Assembly (NCBI GenBank): GCA_963719365.1 | Contig: OY970380.1 | Span: 3,506,144 to 3,570,143, forward strand | DNA length: 64,000 nt | From: Thermoanaerobaculia bacterium | Lineage (GTDB): Bacteria; Acidobacteriota; Thermoanaerobaculia; Gp7-AA8 | Reading direction: 5' to 3' | In this document: positions 1-9,539 of the stretch, piece after piece | How the letters are laid out: each line of letters starts with the position of its first letter | Position numbering within the stretch: position 1 is the stretch's first letter | Position numbers and translations under genes: made by a program | The notes under the pieces: model-generated | What the model saw: the letters and a program-made list of their open reading frames with translations, nothing else | Told to the model about the DNA's origin: nothing | Database searches by the model: none

Positions 1-2922
1 ATCGCGATCCTCTACGCGACGCTCTTCGCCATTCACGCCCTCTGGCATCTGCTGCCCGCCACAGCCGTCTTCGCACTGATGCTGCTCGTGACGGCGATCG
101 CGGTGTTGTTATCGATCCGCCGCGACTCTGTCTTCATCGCGCTGCTCGGACTGGTCGGCGGCTTCGCCACCCCGGCGCTGCTTTCGACGGGCGAGAACAA
201 GCCGATCGCACTCTTCTCGTATTTGCTGCTGCTCAACGTCGGCTTGATGTGGGTAGCGATTCGCCGGCGCTGGCCGCTGCTGACAGCACTGAGCGTGATC
301 TTCACAGTGATCTACGAATGGGGATGGATCGGTAAGTTCCTGACCGGTTCGCAGCTTCCACTTGCCGTGGCAATCTTCACGGTCTTCGCCGCGGCTGCCG
401 CAGCTTCGCTCTGGATGCGGCGACGCGCCGACGCTGCGCAAGGAAGTTTCGATCTGGCCGCCATTTCGTCAGCCGGCCTGCCGCTGCTCTTCGCGATCTA
501 CGTCGCCGCCGTGGCGAACTACGGCGTTCAATACAACGTCCTCTTCACGTTCCTCCTGTTGATCACATCAGGACTTTCGGTGATCGCCATCGTTCGCGGT
601 CCTGCCTGGCTGCATCTCCTCGGCGGAGGCACGATCGCGCTGGTTCTCCTCGTCTGGCGTGTGTCGTCGTACACGCCGCAAGCATGGCCGGCGATCCTGG
701 CGTGGGTTGCAGGATTCGTCGTCGTGCAACTTGTGCTATCCCACTTCGCGCCGAATCCGCGCAACGTTCTCGCTCCGCTGCTGCTGATGATTCTGCCAGC
801 TCTTGCAGCGACGCCGATTCCCGCGTCTGCACCGGTGCTTCTCTTCGGCACGCTCTTCGTGCTCGTCGCGCTCATCGCCGCTTACGCATTCATGCACCAC
901 GCCGGCGAGGCGTACGCGGTGGCGGCGTTCCTGGCGATCGTGACGGAAGGAGTCTGGTCAGCTCAAAGCATCACACCAGCGAACCTGACGACTGCGCTTC
1001 TCATCTACGCCGCCTTCGCACTGCTCTTCATTGCCGTTCCCGTGACCGGACGCCGGCTTGGCCGCGAGATCGTTTCGCAGCGGACGATGCTCGGTCTGAT
1101 TCTCGGCTCGATCGCGATTCTCTTCTTCCTCTCCACGGGAACCGTTGCTTCGTACGCGCTCTGGCCGCTAGCCATTCTTCTCATCGTCATCAACGCTGGC
1201 GCGATTGCCGAGGCGCGGAAGAAGCAGCATGCGGTGCTGGCGGCCGCGGCGATCGTCCTTTCGTGGATCGTCATTACCACTTGGTGCGCCTCGGCGATGA
1301 CAGCCGCGAACCTCGTCGCCGCGTTGTCGGTGATCGGCGGATTCGCGCTCCTGGCCGTCGGTGGCGGCGTCTGGCTGAGCCGCGGAGCCGATGAAGACGC
1401 AGGGACGACGTATCTCGGACTCATCGGACATCTTTTCCTGCTGGTCATCGCCGCGCAACCGCAGCTTGCCTTCCCGCCGTGGCCGTTGTTCGCGGTGCTC
1501 TTCGTGCTCGATCTCGCCATCGGCGTTGCCGCGATCTATTTGCGCCGCGGCAATCTCATGGCTGTTGCGATGGCCGCGTCGCAGATCGTATTGATGATGT
1601 GGGCTGCGAACACGAAAGCGGCGCCGTGGCCGGTTGTCGCGATCGGCGCTGGCATCGCGGTGTGCGCGATGGCGCTGGTCTGGTTCCGGATCGACCGGCG
1701 CTTCGCCGTCGCCGCGCTGATCGCGCTCTTCGTCGGCGACTTTGTCCTGATCATGGCCGGCTCCTCGGCTGGCACGCCGCTTTTTGTATCGCTCTTGGCC
1801 GCGCATCTGGCCATCGGAATCGCGATTCTTGCGGTGACGTGGCTGACCGAATGGCATGAGGTAGCCGTTGTCGCAGTGGCAGTGCTGGCGGCGGCCACCG
1901 CGCTCGCTCGCACGCAGACGCCCGGAAATCGCCTCACTTTTTCCGGCGCGATCTACGCGATTTTCATTCTCTATCCGTTGCTGCTCGGCGGCAGAGCGAA
2001 GCGCTCGCTCTATCCGTATCTCGCCGCCGTGCTCGCAAGCGTGACGTTTTTCATCGTGGCGCGTGATGCGGTTCGCGACGCCGGCTACAACTACGCGATC
2101 GGCGTGCTTCCGCTCTTCCAGGCGGCGTTGATGCTGCTGCTTTTGTGGCGATTGCTGCGCGCCGAGCCGGCAACCGAACGGCTGCTTTCACGATTGGCGA
2201 TGGTGGCCGGAGCGGCGCTTGCCTTCATCACCGTCGCCATTCCGCTGCAGCTCGCGCGGCAGTGGATCACGATCGCGTGGGCGCTCGAAGCAGCGGCGCT
2301 GATCTGGCTTTTCCGCCGCATCGCGCATCGCGGTTTGTTGATCTGGTCGGGCGCGCTCTTCGCCGCGGTCTTCATCCGACTGTTTTTCGCCGACGATGTT
2401 TTCATCCACGCCGCCAGCCGCGTTCCGATCGTCAACTGGTACCTCTATACGTACGTCGTGAGCGCAGCGGCGTTCTTCGCGGCGGCGCGTTTGTTACCGG
2501 ATTCCGAGGCAAAGCGATACGTCTTCGCGCGGCCGGTCCTGAGCTCCGGCGGCACGATCCTGTTGTTCTTCCTCGTCAATATCGAGATCGCCGATTACTA
2601 CGCCACCGGCTCCGTGCTGACGTTCAACTTTTTCTCGTCGTCGCTGGCGCAGGATCTGACTTACACGATTGTTTGGGCGGTCTTCGCCGTAGCGATGCTT
2701 ATCGCCGGCCTTCTGCTTCACAGCCGCGCAACGCGGATCGCTGCGATCGTCCTTCTTCTCGTCACCGTGTTGAAGTGCTTCCTGCACGATCTCTCCCGCC
2801 TCGGCGGCCTTTATCGCGTCGGCTCGCTCCTCGGGCTCACGATCTCGCTGCTTCTCGTCGGTGTGCTGCTGCAGAAGTTTGTGATCCGGAAAGCGGCGCC
2901 GCCGACTGAGGAGGCGGCGTGA
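1..2922 (+). CDS. large polytopic membrane protein (DUF2339-like); 5' end lies outside the window
   Basis: Reading frame is open from base 1 with no stop before the ATG at 79. The product exceeds 940 aa and is dominated by hydrophobic, helix-length W/L/A/V-rich segments. It overlaps the next gene by 4 nt (ATGA). Confidence 0.55.
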   Translation: MAILYATLFAIHALWHLLPATAVFALMLLVTAIAVLLSIRRDSVFIALLGLVGGFATPALLSTGENKPIALFSYLLLLNVGLMWVAIRRRWPLLTALSVIFTVIYEWGWIGKFLTGSQLPLAVAIFTVFAAAAAASLWMRRRADAAQGSFDLAAISSAGLPLLFAIYVAAVANYGVQYNVLFTFLLLITSGLSVIAIVRGPAWLHLLGGGTIALVLLVWRVSSYTPQAWPAILAWVAGFVVVQLVLSHFAPNPRNVLAPLLLMILPALAATPIPASAPVLLFGTLFVLVALIAAYAFMHHAGEAYAVAAFLAIVTEGVWSAQSITPANLTTALLIYAAFALLFIAVPVTGRRLGREIVSQRTMLGLILGSIAILFFLSTGTVASYALWPLAILLIVINAGAIAEARKKQHAVLAAAAIVLSWIVITTWCASAMTAANLVAALSVIGGFALLAVGGGVWLSRGADEDAGTTYLGLIGHLFLLVIAAQPQLAFPPWPLFAVLFVLDLAIGVAAIYLRRGNLMAVAMAASQIVLMMWAANTKAAPWPVVAIGAGIAVCAMALVWFRIDRRFAVAALIALFVGDFVLIMAGSSAGTPLFVSLLAAHLAIGIAILAVTWLTEWHEVAVVAVAVLAAATALARTQTPGNRLTFSGAIYAIFILYPLLLGGRAKRSLYPYLAAVLASVTFFIVARDAVRDAGYNYAIGVLPLFQAALMLLLLWRLLRAEPATERLLSRLAMVAGAALAFITVAIPLQLARQWITIAWALEAAALIWLFRRIAHRGLLIWSGALFAAVFIRLFFADDVFIHAASRVPIVNWYLYTYVVSAAAFFAAARLLPDSEAKRYVFARPVLSSGGTILLFFLVNIEIADYYATGSVLTFNFFSSSLAQDLTYTIVWAVFAVAMLIAGLLLHSRATRIAAIVLLLVTVLKCFLHDLSRLGGLYRVGSLLGLTISLLLVGVLLQKFVIRKAAPPTEEAA

Positions 2923-3743
2923 TCGTTGCGGCGTTTCTGCTTGCCGCGCTGGCGGTGCCGGAGGTTCCCGCGGGTGCAAACGTCGATCGGAGCGAGTTTC
3001 TCTACGCGCGGCCGCTCGGAACGATTCCGGCCGGCGTCGTCTCGCTCACTCTCGATGCCCACGTTCTTCTGCGAAGTCACGCGCTGCAGGACGTGCGCAT
3101 CGTCGATGCGAAGAGCAATCAAGTTCCTTATCTCGTCGTGCCGCTGCAAACTCCGGTGATCGTCACGCTTGCGGTTCCACCCGCGACTCGCGAAGGGAAG
3201 CAATCCGTCTACCGGCTGACACTTCCCTACGGCTCGGTGCCCGAAGGCTCGGTGCTCGAGCTGACGACGAGCGCCACCGTGTTCGAGCGCGATGTCGTGT
3301 TGCGCCGTCCGCTCGACGAGAGCCGGGGTCGCGAGGCCGAGGTGATCGATCGTTTCAGTTGGAAAAGCACGCCTTCGTTGCGAGCAGGTTTGACGAACGG
3401 CCGCGCGATCGAAGTTGTCGTCGATGAAGGTGACAACGCGCCGCTGCCGATCATCTCCGCGAAATTGCGGCTGCCCGGCTTCGCTCTTCGATTCGTTAGT
3501 CCCGGAACGCCGTTGACGCTGCTCTACGGCAATCCGTCGATCGGCGTGCCGCGCTATGACCTCGCGCTCATCTCATCGCAACTTGTCGGGCAACCGGCGC
3601 GATCGATCGCACTCACAGGCCAGCCAACATCAGAGCCGCCGGCGAAACATCGGGAGTCGCGCTTGTTCGGAATCGCGATCGGCGTCGCTGCCGCCGTTCT
3701 GCTGATCGTACTGGGACGGCTCGTCAGCGCGCAGCGTTCCTGA
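2919..3743 (+). CDS. hypothetical protein with a C-terminal transmembrane anchor, translationally coupled to the upstream membrane protein (DUF3999-like by context only)
   Basis: ATGA start/stop overlap with the upstream gene. Soluble beta-rich body and a C-terminal hydrophobic helix (LFGIAIGVAAAVLLIVLG). Family assignment is by gene-neighbourhood memory, not by motif. Confidence 0.4.
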   Translation: MIVAAFLLAALAVPEVPAGANVDRSEFLYARPLGTIPAGVVSLTLDAHVLLRSHALQDVRIVDAKSNQVPYLVVPLQTPVIVTLAVPPATREGKQSVYRLTLPYGSVPEGSVLELTTSATVFERDVVLRRPLDESRGREAEVIDRFSWKSTPSLRAGLTNGRAIEVVVDEGDNAPLPIISAKLRLPGFALRFVSPGTPLTLLYGNPSIGVPRYDLALISSQLVGQPARSIALTGQPTSEPPAKHRESRLFGIAIGVAAAVLLIVLGRLVSAQRS

Positions 3744-4080
3744 AGAATCGCGTGCGCTCGGCGAGACTCCACGTCGTGGCGACGCGGCGCGCCGTCCATC
3801 GCGGTATCGAGCGCGCGAGCCAGAGGTAGGCGATCAGCATCACGTTCAAACCGACTACGACCGTCAGCGAATCGCCGCGGTCGAGGAAGGGAACGTGCGC
3901 GCCCGGAAAGCGGAGGAAAAGCCCGTCGACGCAGACGAGGAGCAGGAAATCGACGGTGTCGCGAACGATCGCGCGGCGGCGTGCCCTTGCGACGACGACG
4001 CGCGAGTCGATGACGACGGGAGGGGGTACGGCGGCATCTGAAACGCCGGGTAGCAGAGTGCGTCGAACGGGCTTCTCCAT
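3724..4080 (-). CDS. small hypothetical protein with two hydrophobic segments
   Basis: ORF-track only. It overlaps the 3' end of the previous gene by 20 nt and has no recognisable motif. Confidence 0.15.
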   Translation of the reverse strand: MEKPVRRTLLPGVSDAAVPPPVVIDSRVVVARARRRAIVRDTVDFLLLVCVDGLFLRFPGAHVPFLDRGDSLTVVVGLNVMLIAYLWLARSIPRWTARRVATTWSLAERTRFFRNAAR

Positions 4081-4206
4081 CGCAATGTGTTCGACGCTTA
4101 GGGGAGGTTCATTATTCCAAATAACTGGTTGCGCGGCAGTCGTAGAGACGAGGGGGTCGGGGGTCGGAGTAAACGAAAAGAACCTACTCCGACTCCCGCA
4201 AACCGA

Positions 4207-5484
4207 CTACCGAACTCTCACCGTCTGCGCGATGTAGTTTCCATCGCCGTCGCGATAGGCCTTGATCACGACCGAGTCGCCAGCGCGGAGCCGGGCGGCG
4301 GTCGACAATGTGCCCGCTTTCGTGCGGATGGGCAGGTCGTCGAGTGCATAGACGCGGGTGATCAGCCGGTCGTTTTCCGTATCGCGCAGCACGAGTTGGC
4401 TGCTGTCCGCGAGCGTTTGCGTCACGATGCCGTAAATCGTCACGACGCCGAGGTCGGCTACGATGCGTGAGGGGACGGTGTTCACTGACGGTGCTGGCGC
4501 AACGTTGTTCTGATCAGTGAAGTGCAGAGTCGTTGCCACGAATGTTGATCCCGTGTACGAACCGCTGAGCTCGACTTGGTCGCCTGCCTGCACGTCGCGC
4601 GCGCGAACGGCCTTGCCGTCCGGATCGGTCGTCGCGCGAAGGTCGACTGCAACTGATCCTCGTCCGGCATCGACCTGGATGACGTTGTTGCCGCGATCGA
4701 CACGCGTCACGCGGCCACTCAATGCGCCGACGCCGTTCGTGCGCGAGCCTGACTCATTCGCGCTTTGCGTCACCTCGATCGAGCGTGCGCTGAGGTCGGT
4801 ACCGGCAGCGCCACCGTTGATCTCAACACGGATACGGTCGCCGACTTCGAGGTTGGAGATCCGGAACGTGTCGCCGTGATAACTGACCGGTGTTCGTTGC
4901 GGCGTGCGCACGGTCAGCACCTCACGCTGGTCCGTCACGATGACAAGCCGTCCAGCCTCGGCATTGATCTGCTGCAGAACACCTTCGACACGGCCGGGAC
5001 GATCGGGAACGGTGCTCGGCCTGGTGCCCGATGCGGTCGGTGTCGAGATGGACATTGGCGTGCGCGTTTGCCCGACACCTGTTTGCGGCGCGTCGACCGG
5101 ACGGCCGAGGAGAGTGACGCGCTCGGCACGAACGACGTTGCCTCCAGCGCCCGTTCCGCGTACGTCGATCCGGTCTCCCACGCGAACATTGTTGAATCCG
5201 TTCGACCCGACGAAGATCTCCGGCGCGCCGTTGATCGTGCCGCCGAAACCGTTGTACTGCGTCGAGACCGAGTCGGTGTCGATGATGACCTGATCGCTCA
5301 GCGCATCATCAGGCGTGACGATGATGCGGTTGCGCCCGTTGATCGTGTCCGCAACCGTCCCGCTAATGTTCCCGCGAATCCCTTCCTGCACGTCCGCGCT
5401 CGTCCGCCACACAGTACGATCCTGTCCAAAGGCGGCGACAGCAAAAAGCGCCGCGAAGATGAAGATCGCTCGTATTTGTTTCAT
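4207..5484 (-). CDS. secreted protein built from about four tandem OB-fold-like (BOF/YgiW-type) repeats
   Basis: N-terminal signal peptide (MKQIRAIFIFAALFAVAAFGQ). Recurring pattern V..V...T.....GD.I.V.G....G.......I.V (e.g. VGDRIRVEINGGAAGTDLSARSIEV, AGDQVELSGSY, AGDSVVIKAYRDGDGNYIAQTVRV). Confidence 0.5.
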   Translation of the reverse strand: MKQIRAIFIFAALFAVAAFGQDRTVWRTSADVQEGIRGNISGTVADTINGRNRIIVTPDDALSDQVIIDTDSVSTQYNGFGGTINGAPEIFVGSNGFNNVRVGDRIDVRGTGAGGNVVRAERVTLLGRPVDAPQTGVGQTRTPMSISTPTASGTRPSTVPDRPGRVEGVLQQINAEAGRLVIVTDQREVLTVRTPQRTPVSYHGDTFRISNLEVGDRIRVEINGGAAGTDLSARSIEVTQSANESGSRTNGVGALSGRVTRVDRGNNVIQVDAGRGSVAVDLRATTDPDGKAVRARDVQAGDQVELSGSYTGSTFVATTLHFTDQNNVAPAPSVNTVPSRIVADLGVVTIYGIVTQTLADSSQLVLRDTENDRLITRVYALDDLPIRTKAGTLSTAARLRAGDSVVIKAYRDGDGNYIAQTVRVR

Positions 5485-5608
5485 GGGTGCCTCCCGAAGC
5501 TGAGACGGCGCAAGAGCGTTGCCAGTAACGGGGTTGCGGAGTTTCGAGGTTGCGGAGGCATGCGAGACTTCGGGTGACGCTGCGAGACCTCGCGACCGCG
5601 CACCCTCG

Positions 5609-6892
5609 TTACCGCGATGCCACCATTTGCCCGCCGATCCAGCATTCGCGGACGACGCGGTCGTCGCCGGTGAAGATCAGGCCGGCCAGCAGGTCTTCGA
5701 CGGATGAGGCGCGCTCGCTGCGCAATTCCACCAGCGGCGTCGATTTCAAATCGAGCATGACGAAGTCGGCGGACTTGCCGGCCTCGAGACTGCCGCATTC
5801 GTCGCCGAGGGAGAGGGCGCGGGCGCCGCCGAGCGTAGCCAGGTACCAGAGTTGGATCGGGCTCAGCGAGACACCCTGAACCTGCTGCACCTTGTATGCG
5901 TCGGCCATCGTCGTGAACATCGACGGCGTCGTTCCCGCGCCGATGTCGGTTCCGAGGCCGACGACGACGCCGGCTTCGAGCGTGTGATGCAGGCGAAAAA
6001 GGCCGCTGCCGAGGAAGAGGTTGGAGTTCGGGCAGTGCGCGATGCGGGAACCACGGCGCGCCAGCAGCTCCAGCTCTTCTTCGCTGAGATAGACGCCGTG
6101 CGCGAGCACCGTCCGCTCGTCGAGGAGGCCATAGCGGTCGTAGACGTCGGCGTACTCGGCTTCGGGGAAGAGGTCGTGAACCCATTGCACTTCGTTGCGG
6201 TTCTCGGAGATGTGCGAGTGAACGTAGGCGTCCGGAAACTCGGCTTTGAGCTGGCCGGCCGCTTCGAGCAGCTCCGGCGTCGACGTCGGCGCGAAACGCG
6301 GCGTGATGGCGTAGCGAAGCAGGCCGCGGTTGTGCCATTTCTGCAGGAGCGAGCGGCTCTGCTCGTAGGAATCGCGCGGCGATTCCAGCAACGAGTCGGG
6401 CGCGTTGCGGTCCATCATCGTCTTGCCGATGATTGCGCGAAATCCGCGCCGCTCCGCCTCCGCGAAAAAGATGTCGGTGGCCTCTTCGTGAATCGTCGAA
6501 AAGATCAGCGCGCAGAGCGTTCCGTTGCGAAGCAGCTCGTCGAAGAAAACGCGCGCCACCATCGCCGCATGGCTCGGATCTTTGAACTTGGCCTCGGTCG
6601 GAAACGTGTAGCGGTTCAGCCATTCGAGCAGATCGCCGCCGTACGATCCAATCATCTCGAGCTGCGGCGCGTGAAGGTGTGTGTCGACGAATCCCGGCGC
6701 GATCACGATGTCGCGGCCGAGTTGCGTGAGGCTCGAGCTCTGCCGCGGTACGTCGCGCCAGTCGCCGATTCCGACGATGCGAGCGCCGTCGATGGCCAGA
6801 AAACCATCGTCGTAGTACGCGTACGACTTCGCCGGATCCGTTGTGAAGGGATCAGCGATGGGCGTGAAGACCCGGGCCCGAAAGACTCTCAC
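5609..6892 (-). CDS. guaD: guanine deaminase (amidohydrolase superfamily)
   Basis: Metal-binding DTHLHAPQ motif, internal HSHISE, and the PNSNLFLGSG motif typical of guanine deaminases. Product is about 427 aa. Confidence 0.65.
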   Translation of the reverse strand: MRVFRARVFTPIADPFTTDPAKSYAYYDDGFLAIDGARIVGIGDWRDVPRQSSSLTQLGRDIVIAPGFVDTHLHAPQLEMIGSYGGDLLEWLNRYTFPTEAKFKDPSHAAMVARVFFDELLRNGTLCALIFSTIHEEATDIFFAEAERRGFRAIIGKTMMDRNAPDSLLESPRDSYEQSRSLLQKWHNRGLLRYAITPRFAPTSTPELLEAAGQLKAEFPDAYVHSHISENRNEVQWVHDLFPEAEYADVYDRYGLLDERTVLAHGVYLSEEELELLARRGSRIAHCPNSNLFLGSGLFRLHHTLEAGVVVGLGTDIGAGTTPSMFTTMADAYKVQQVQGVSLSPIQLWYLATLGGARALSLGDECGSLEAGKSADFVMLDLKSTPLVELRSERASSVEDLLAGLIFTGDDRVVRECWIGGQMVASR

Positions 6893-6912
6893 GCGCGCAT
6901 TTTCTCACGCGA

Positions 6913-7830
6913 TCAGGCGCCGGACGGAATCTCTTCTTCCGGCTCGCCCGCCGAGATCAGTTTCTCGAGCACGATGGCCTGATGCGATCCGCTGACGACC
7001 GCCACGCGCTCGGGTGCGTCCAGCGACGCGGAAAGCTCGATCGACGTCTTCGTCACTGACTCGATGAACGTCATCGGCAGTGATGGCTGCGCTTCGATCT
7101 CGCGCCGTGTCCGAGCCGCGCGCTCCTCGGCGTCGCGGAACTCTTTGTTGAAGATGAGCAGCGACGGCGCGACCTTCTCGTACAACTCGGCGGTGGCGCG
7201 CACGTCGTCGAGACAGTAGTCGGCGATCTCGCGATGCCGTCCGGCGCGATACCACGTCTCGACCGAACGTCCGTCGAGTCCTTCGCCTTTCGATGTCTCC
7301 ACGCCGAACACCTTGCAGGCGAGATCGAGGTTGAATTTGAATTGCCGCGCGTTGGTGGTGCCAAAAAAGTTGAGCACTTCGCGCAGATCGCAGTTGGGAT
7401 GGTAGCCGTAGCGATATCCGACGAGATCACGCTTCGGGACGATGCCGTTGATCGCCGACCGGATCATCAGAAACGGTCCGTCGAACTGCCGGCCGTTGAA
7501 GGTGATGAAGCGCGAGTCGCTGTCGAAGAACTCCCAGAATTTCTCCAGGATCTGCTTCTCGCTGCCCGACATGTACGTCCGCGAGCCGCTTTTCTCAACC
7601 GCGAGCTGCGCCTGCCCCGGCACTTCATACATCGCGCAGGAACGACCGTCTTCGATGTTGATGACGCCGATGGCGATGATCCGCCCGCGAAACGGCGAGA
7701 GCCCGCCAGCCCTTCGCGTCTCCTCGGCATCCCCATCGTTGAGCCCCTTGATGAGGTACTCGCGAACGTAAGCGTCGAGCTCTTCCCACGGCGTTCCAAC
7801 CGTTTCGATATCGATGACGAGTTTTTTCAT
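6913..7830 (-). CDS. predicted 3'-5' exonuclease, RNase H-like DEDD fold (PolB-exonuclease-like, COG3298-type)
   Basis: Exo I-like DIETVG at the N-terminus, Exo II-like FNGRQFDGPF, and Exo III-like YCLDDVRAT (Y-x3-D). Lies 20 nt upstream of guaD on the same strand. Confidence 0.5.
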   Translation of the reverse strand: MKKLVIDIETVGTPWEELDAYVREYLIKGLNDGDAEETRRAGGLSPFRGRIIAIGVINIEDGRSCAMYEVPGQAQLAVEKSGSRTYMSGSEKQILEKFWEFFDSDSRFITFNGRQFDGPFLMIRSAINGIVPKRDLVGYRYGYHPNCDLREVLNFFGTTNARQFKFNLDLACKVFGVETSKGEGLDGRSVETWYRAGRHREIADYCLDDVRATAELYEKVAPSLLIFNKEFRDAEERAARTRREIEAQPSLPMTFIESVTKTSIELSASLDAPERVAVVSGSHQAIVLEKLISAGEPEEEIPSGA

Positions 7831-7952
7831 GGGGGGCGTGTTTCGCTGATCTTAGTCCAACCCGAACCCAGTAGTTGGCCTTTCCAGAAACCGTTGGTTG
7901 CACAGAAATAGTTGCATATAGAAAAATAGAGACCTATAGTGTTCGATCTTCA

Positions 7953-8336
7953 ATGAGTAGAGTGCCCAAGAAGCTGTTGCTCGAACTGACTCCGGCGCTT
8001 GCCGAGCGTCTTCAGGAAGTGTGCGAAGAGCGCGGCGCGACGAAGATTGGTGTGATTCGTTTGGCGCTCGAGATTTATCTGCGCCAAGTTGATCCGGCAG
8101 AGAGCGAACACTTCGTCGTGAAATTGCCAAAGGACACGGCGGAAACCTTTGCCGCGTTCCGTGAGATTCGCAAGTACCCGGACCGCGCGAAGTTGATCGA
8201 GTCGGCGCTGCTCGACCACATCAATCAGGAGTGCGAACAGGAAAAGACGCTGCGACCACACATTGAAAGAGTGAAGAACGTACAGGCTCGGAAGCGAATT
8301 CACGAAATCAAAGAGGCACGGGCGAAAGGCGAGTGA
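7953..8336 (+). CDS. small protein with two ribbon-helix-helix-like units (putative DNA-binding / antitoxin-like)
   Basis: Lies in a visibly lower-GC stretch. KKLLLELTPALAERLQEV..IGVIRLALEIYL and FVVKLPKDTAETFAAFREI..RAKLIESALLDHI each fit a beta-alpha-alpha RHH pattern. Start at the ATG at 7953 is preferred over the upstream TTG at 7875, which would translate an AT-rich leader. Confidence 0.4.
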   Translation: MSRVPKKLLLELTPALAERLQEVCEERGATKIGVIRLALEIYLRQVDPAESEHFVVKLPKDTAETFAAFREIRKYPDRAKLIESALLDHINQECEQEKTLRPHIERVKNVQARKRIHEIKEARAKGE

Positions 8337-8363
8337 AGGGCGTGATGATCCGTGGGGAGAGTC

Positions 8364-8606
8364 ATGATGCAACAAAAGAAACACATCGAAGTGACCGAAG
8401 AAGAGGCCCAGGACTATGTTTCCACCCTTGAGCAGGCAGGGATTCGAGTCCACACGACCACCGAGCTTGGCGAGAAGGCAATCGTGGATATCTACGAGAA
8501 CGACCGATTGCACAGCGAAGTGTGGCGCGTGCTAAAGATGGACGGAACGCCTCGCATCTCGCTCACAATTCGTGGCCGGCGTGGAAACGGGAGCAGCGAT
8601 TCGTAG
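8364..8606 (+). CDS. small hypothetical protein (about 80 aa), co-oriented partner of the RHH gene
   Basis: GGGGAGAG Shine-Dalgarno immediately upstream of the tandem ATGs at 8364 and 8367. Lies 27 nt after the previous stop and has no recognisable motif. Confidence 0.35.
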   Translation: MMQQKKHIEVTEEEAQDYVSTLEQAGIRVHTTTELGEKAIVDIYENDRLHSEVWRVLKMDGTPRISLTIRGRRGNGSSDS

Positions 8607-8609
8607 CTA

Positions 8610-9539
8610 CTACGCCTGCGTCTTCAGCGTGTCGAACAGTTCCTTCACCGCATCCGCCGACTTCTGCAACGCCGTCTTTTCGTCCGGCGTCAGCGTGATC
8701 TCGATGATCTGCTCGATTCCGTTGCGGCCGAGTTTCACCGGCACGCCGACGTAGAGGTTGTTGAAGCCGTACTCGCCGGTGAGATACGCGGCGCACGGAA
8801 GGATCTTGCGTTTGTCCTTGAGGATCGCTTCGACCATCTCCACCGTCGCGGCGCCGGGCGCGTACCAGGCGGACGTCTTCAGCAGGTTGACGATCTCGGC
8901 GCCGCCGGTGCGAGTACGCTCGACGATTGCGTCGATGCGTTCCTTCGAGATCAGCTCGGTGATCGGGATGCCGGCAACCGTCGAGTAGCGCGGCAGCGGA
9001 ACCATCGTGTCGCCGTGGCCGCCGAGGACGAAGGCGTGAGTGTTTTCAACGGAGACGTTCAGCTCCATGGCGATGAACGCGCGCATGCGGGCGGAATCGA
9101 GGACGCCGGCCATGCCGATCACGCGCTCGCGCGGGAAGCCGGATACGCGGCGCGCTACTTCGCACATCGCATCGAGCGGATTGGAAACGATGATCAGGAT
9201 CGCATCGGGTGAACGCTTCGCGATCTCGCGGGTGACGCCGGCCACGATCTCTTCGTTCTTCCAGAGCAGGTCGTCGCGCGACATCCCCGGCTTGCGCGGC
9301 AGCCCGGCCGTGATCACGACGACATCGGAGCCGGCGGTCTCGTCATAGCTGTTCGAGCCGCGAAGGATGGAGTCGTAGTTCTCGACGGGCGCGGTCTCCA
9401 TCAGGTCGAGCGTCTTTCCCTGCGGCACGCCTTCGACGATGTCGACGACAATGACGTCGGCGAGCTCTTTGAGTGCGATTCCCTGCGCAACCGTGGAACC
9501 GACGTTGCCGCCGCCGACCACTGTAACTTTCGTTTTCAT
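8610..9539 (-). CDS. mdh: malate dehydrogenase (LDH-like MDH family)
   Basis: [16 protein letters not shown] Rossmann N-terminus, catalytic-loop region [13 protein letters not shown], and [10 protein letters not shown]. Start is taken at the MKTKV ATG at 9539. Confidence 0.9.
   Translation of the reverse strand: MKTKVTVVGGGNVGSTVAQGIALKELADVIVVDIVEGVPQGKTLDLMETAPVENYDSILRGSNSYDETAGSDVVVITAGLPRKPGMSRDDLLWKNEEIVAGVTREIAKRSPDAILIIVSNPLDAMCEVARRVSGFPRERVIGMAGVLDSARMRAFIAMELNVSVENTHAFVLGGHGDTMVPLPRYSTVAGIPITELISKERIDAIVERTRTGGAEIVNLLKTSAWYAPGAATVEMVEAILKDKRKILPCAAYLTGEYGFNNLYVGVPVKLGRNGIEQIIEITLTPDEKTALQKSADAVKELFDTLKTQA

Noticed and set aside
7893-7915. TTGCAC-N8-TTGCA resembling a sigma-54 -24/-12 promoter upstream of the RHH gene
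   Set aside because: Spacing between the GG-equivalent and the GC element is 3 nt too long and the -24 GG is TG. More likely it is a direct-repeat operator.
7875-7952. TTG-initiated N-terminal extension (MAFPETVGCTEIVAYRKIETYSVRSS) of the RHH-like gene
   Set aside because: It would translate the AT-rich promoter-like region. The ATG at 7953 gives a canonical RHH N-terminal beta-strand.
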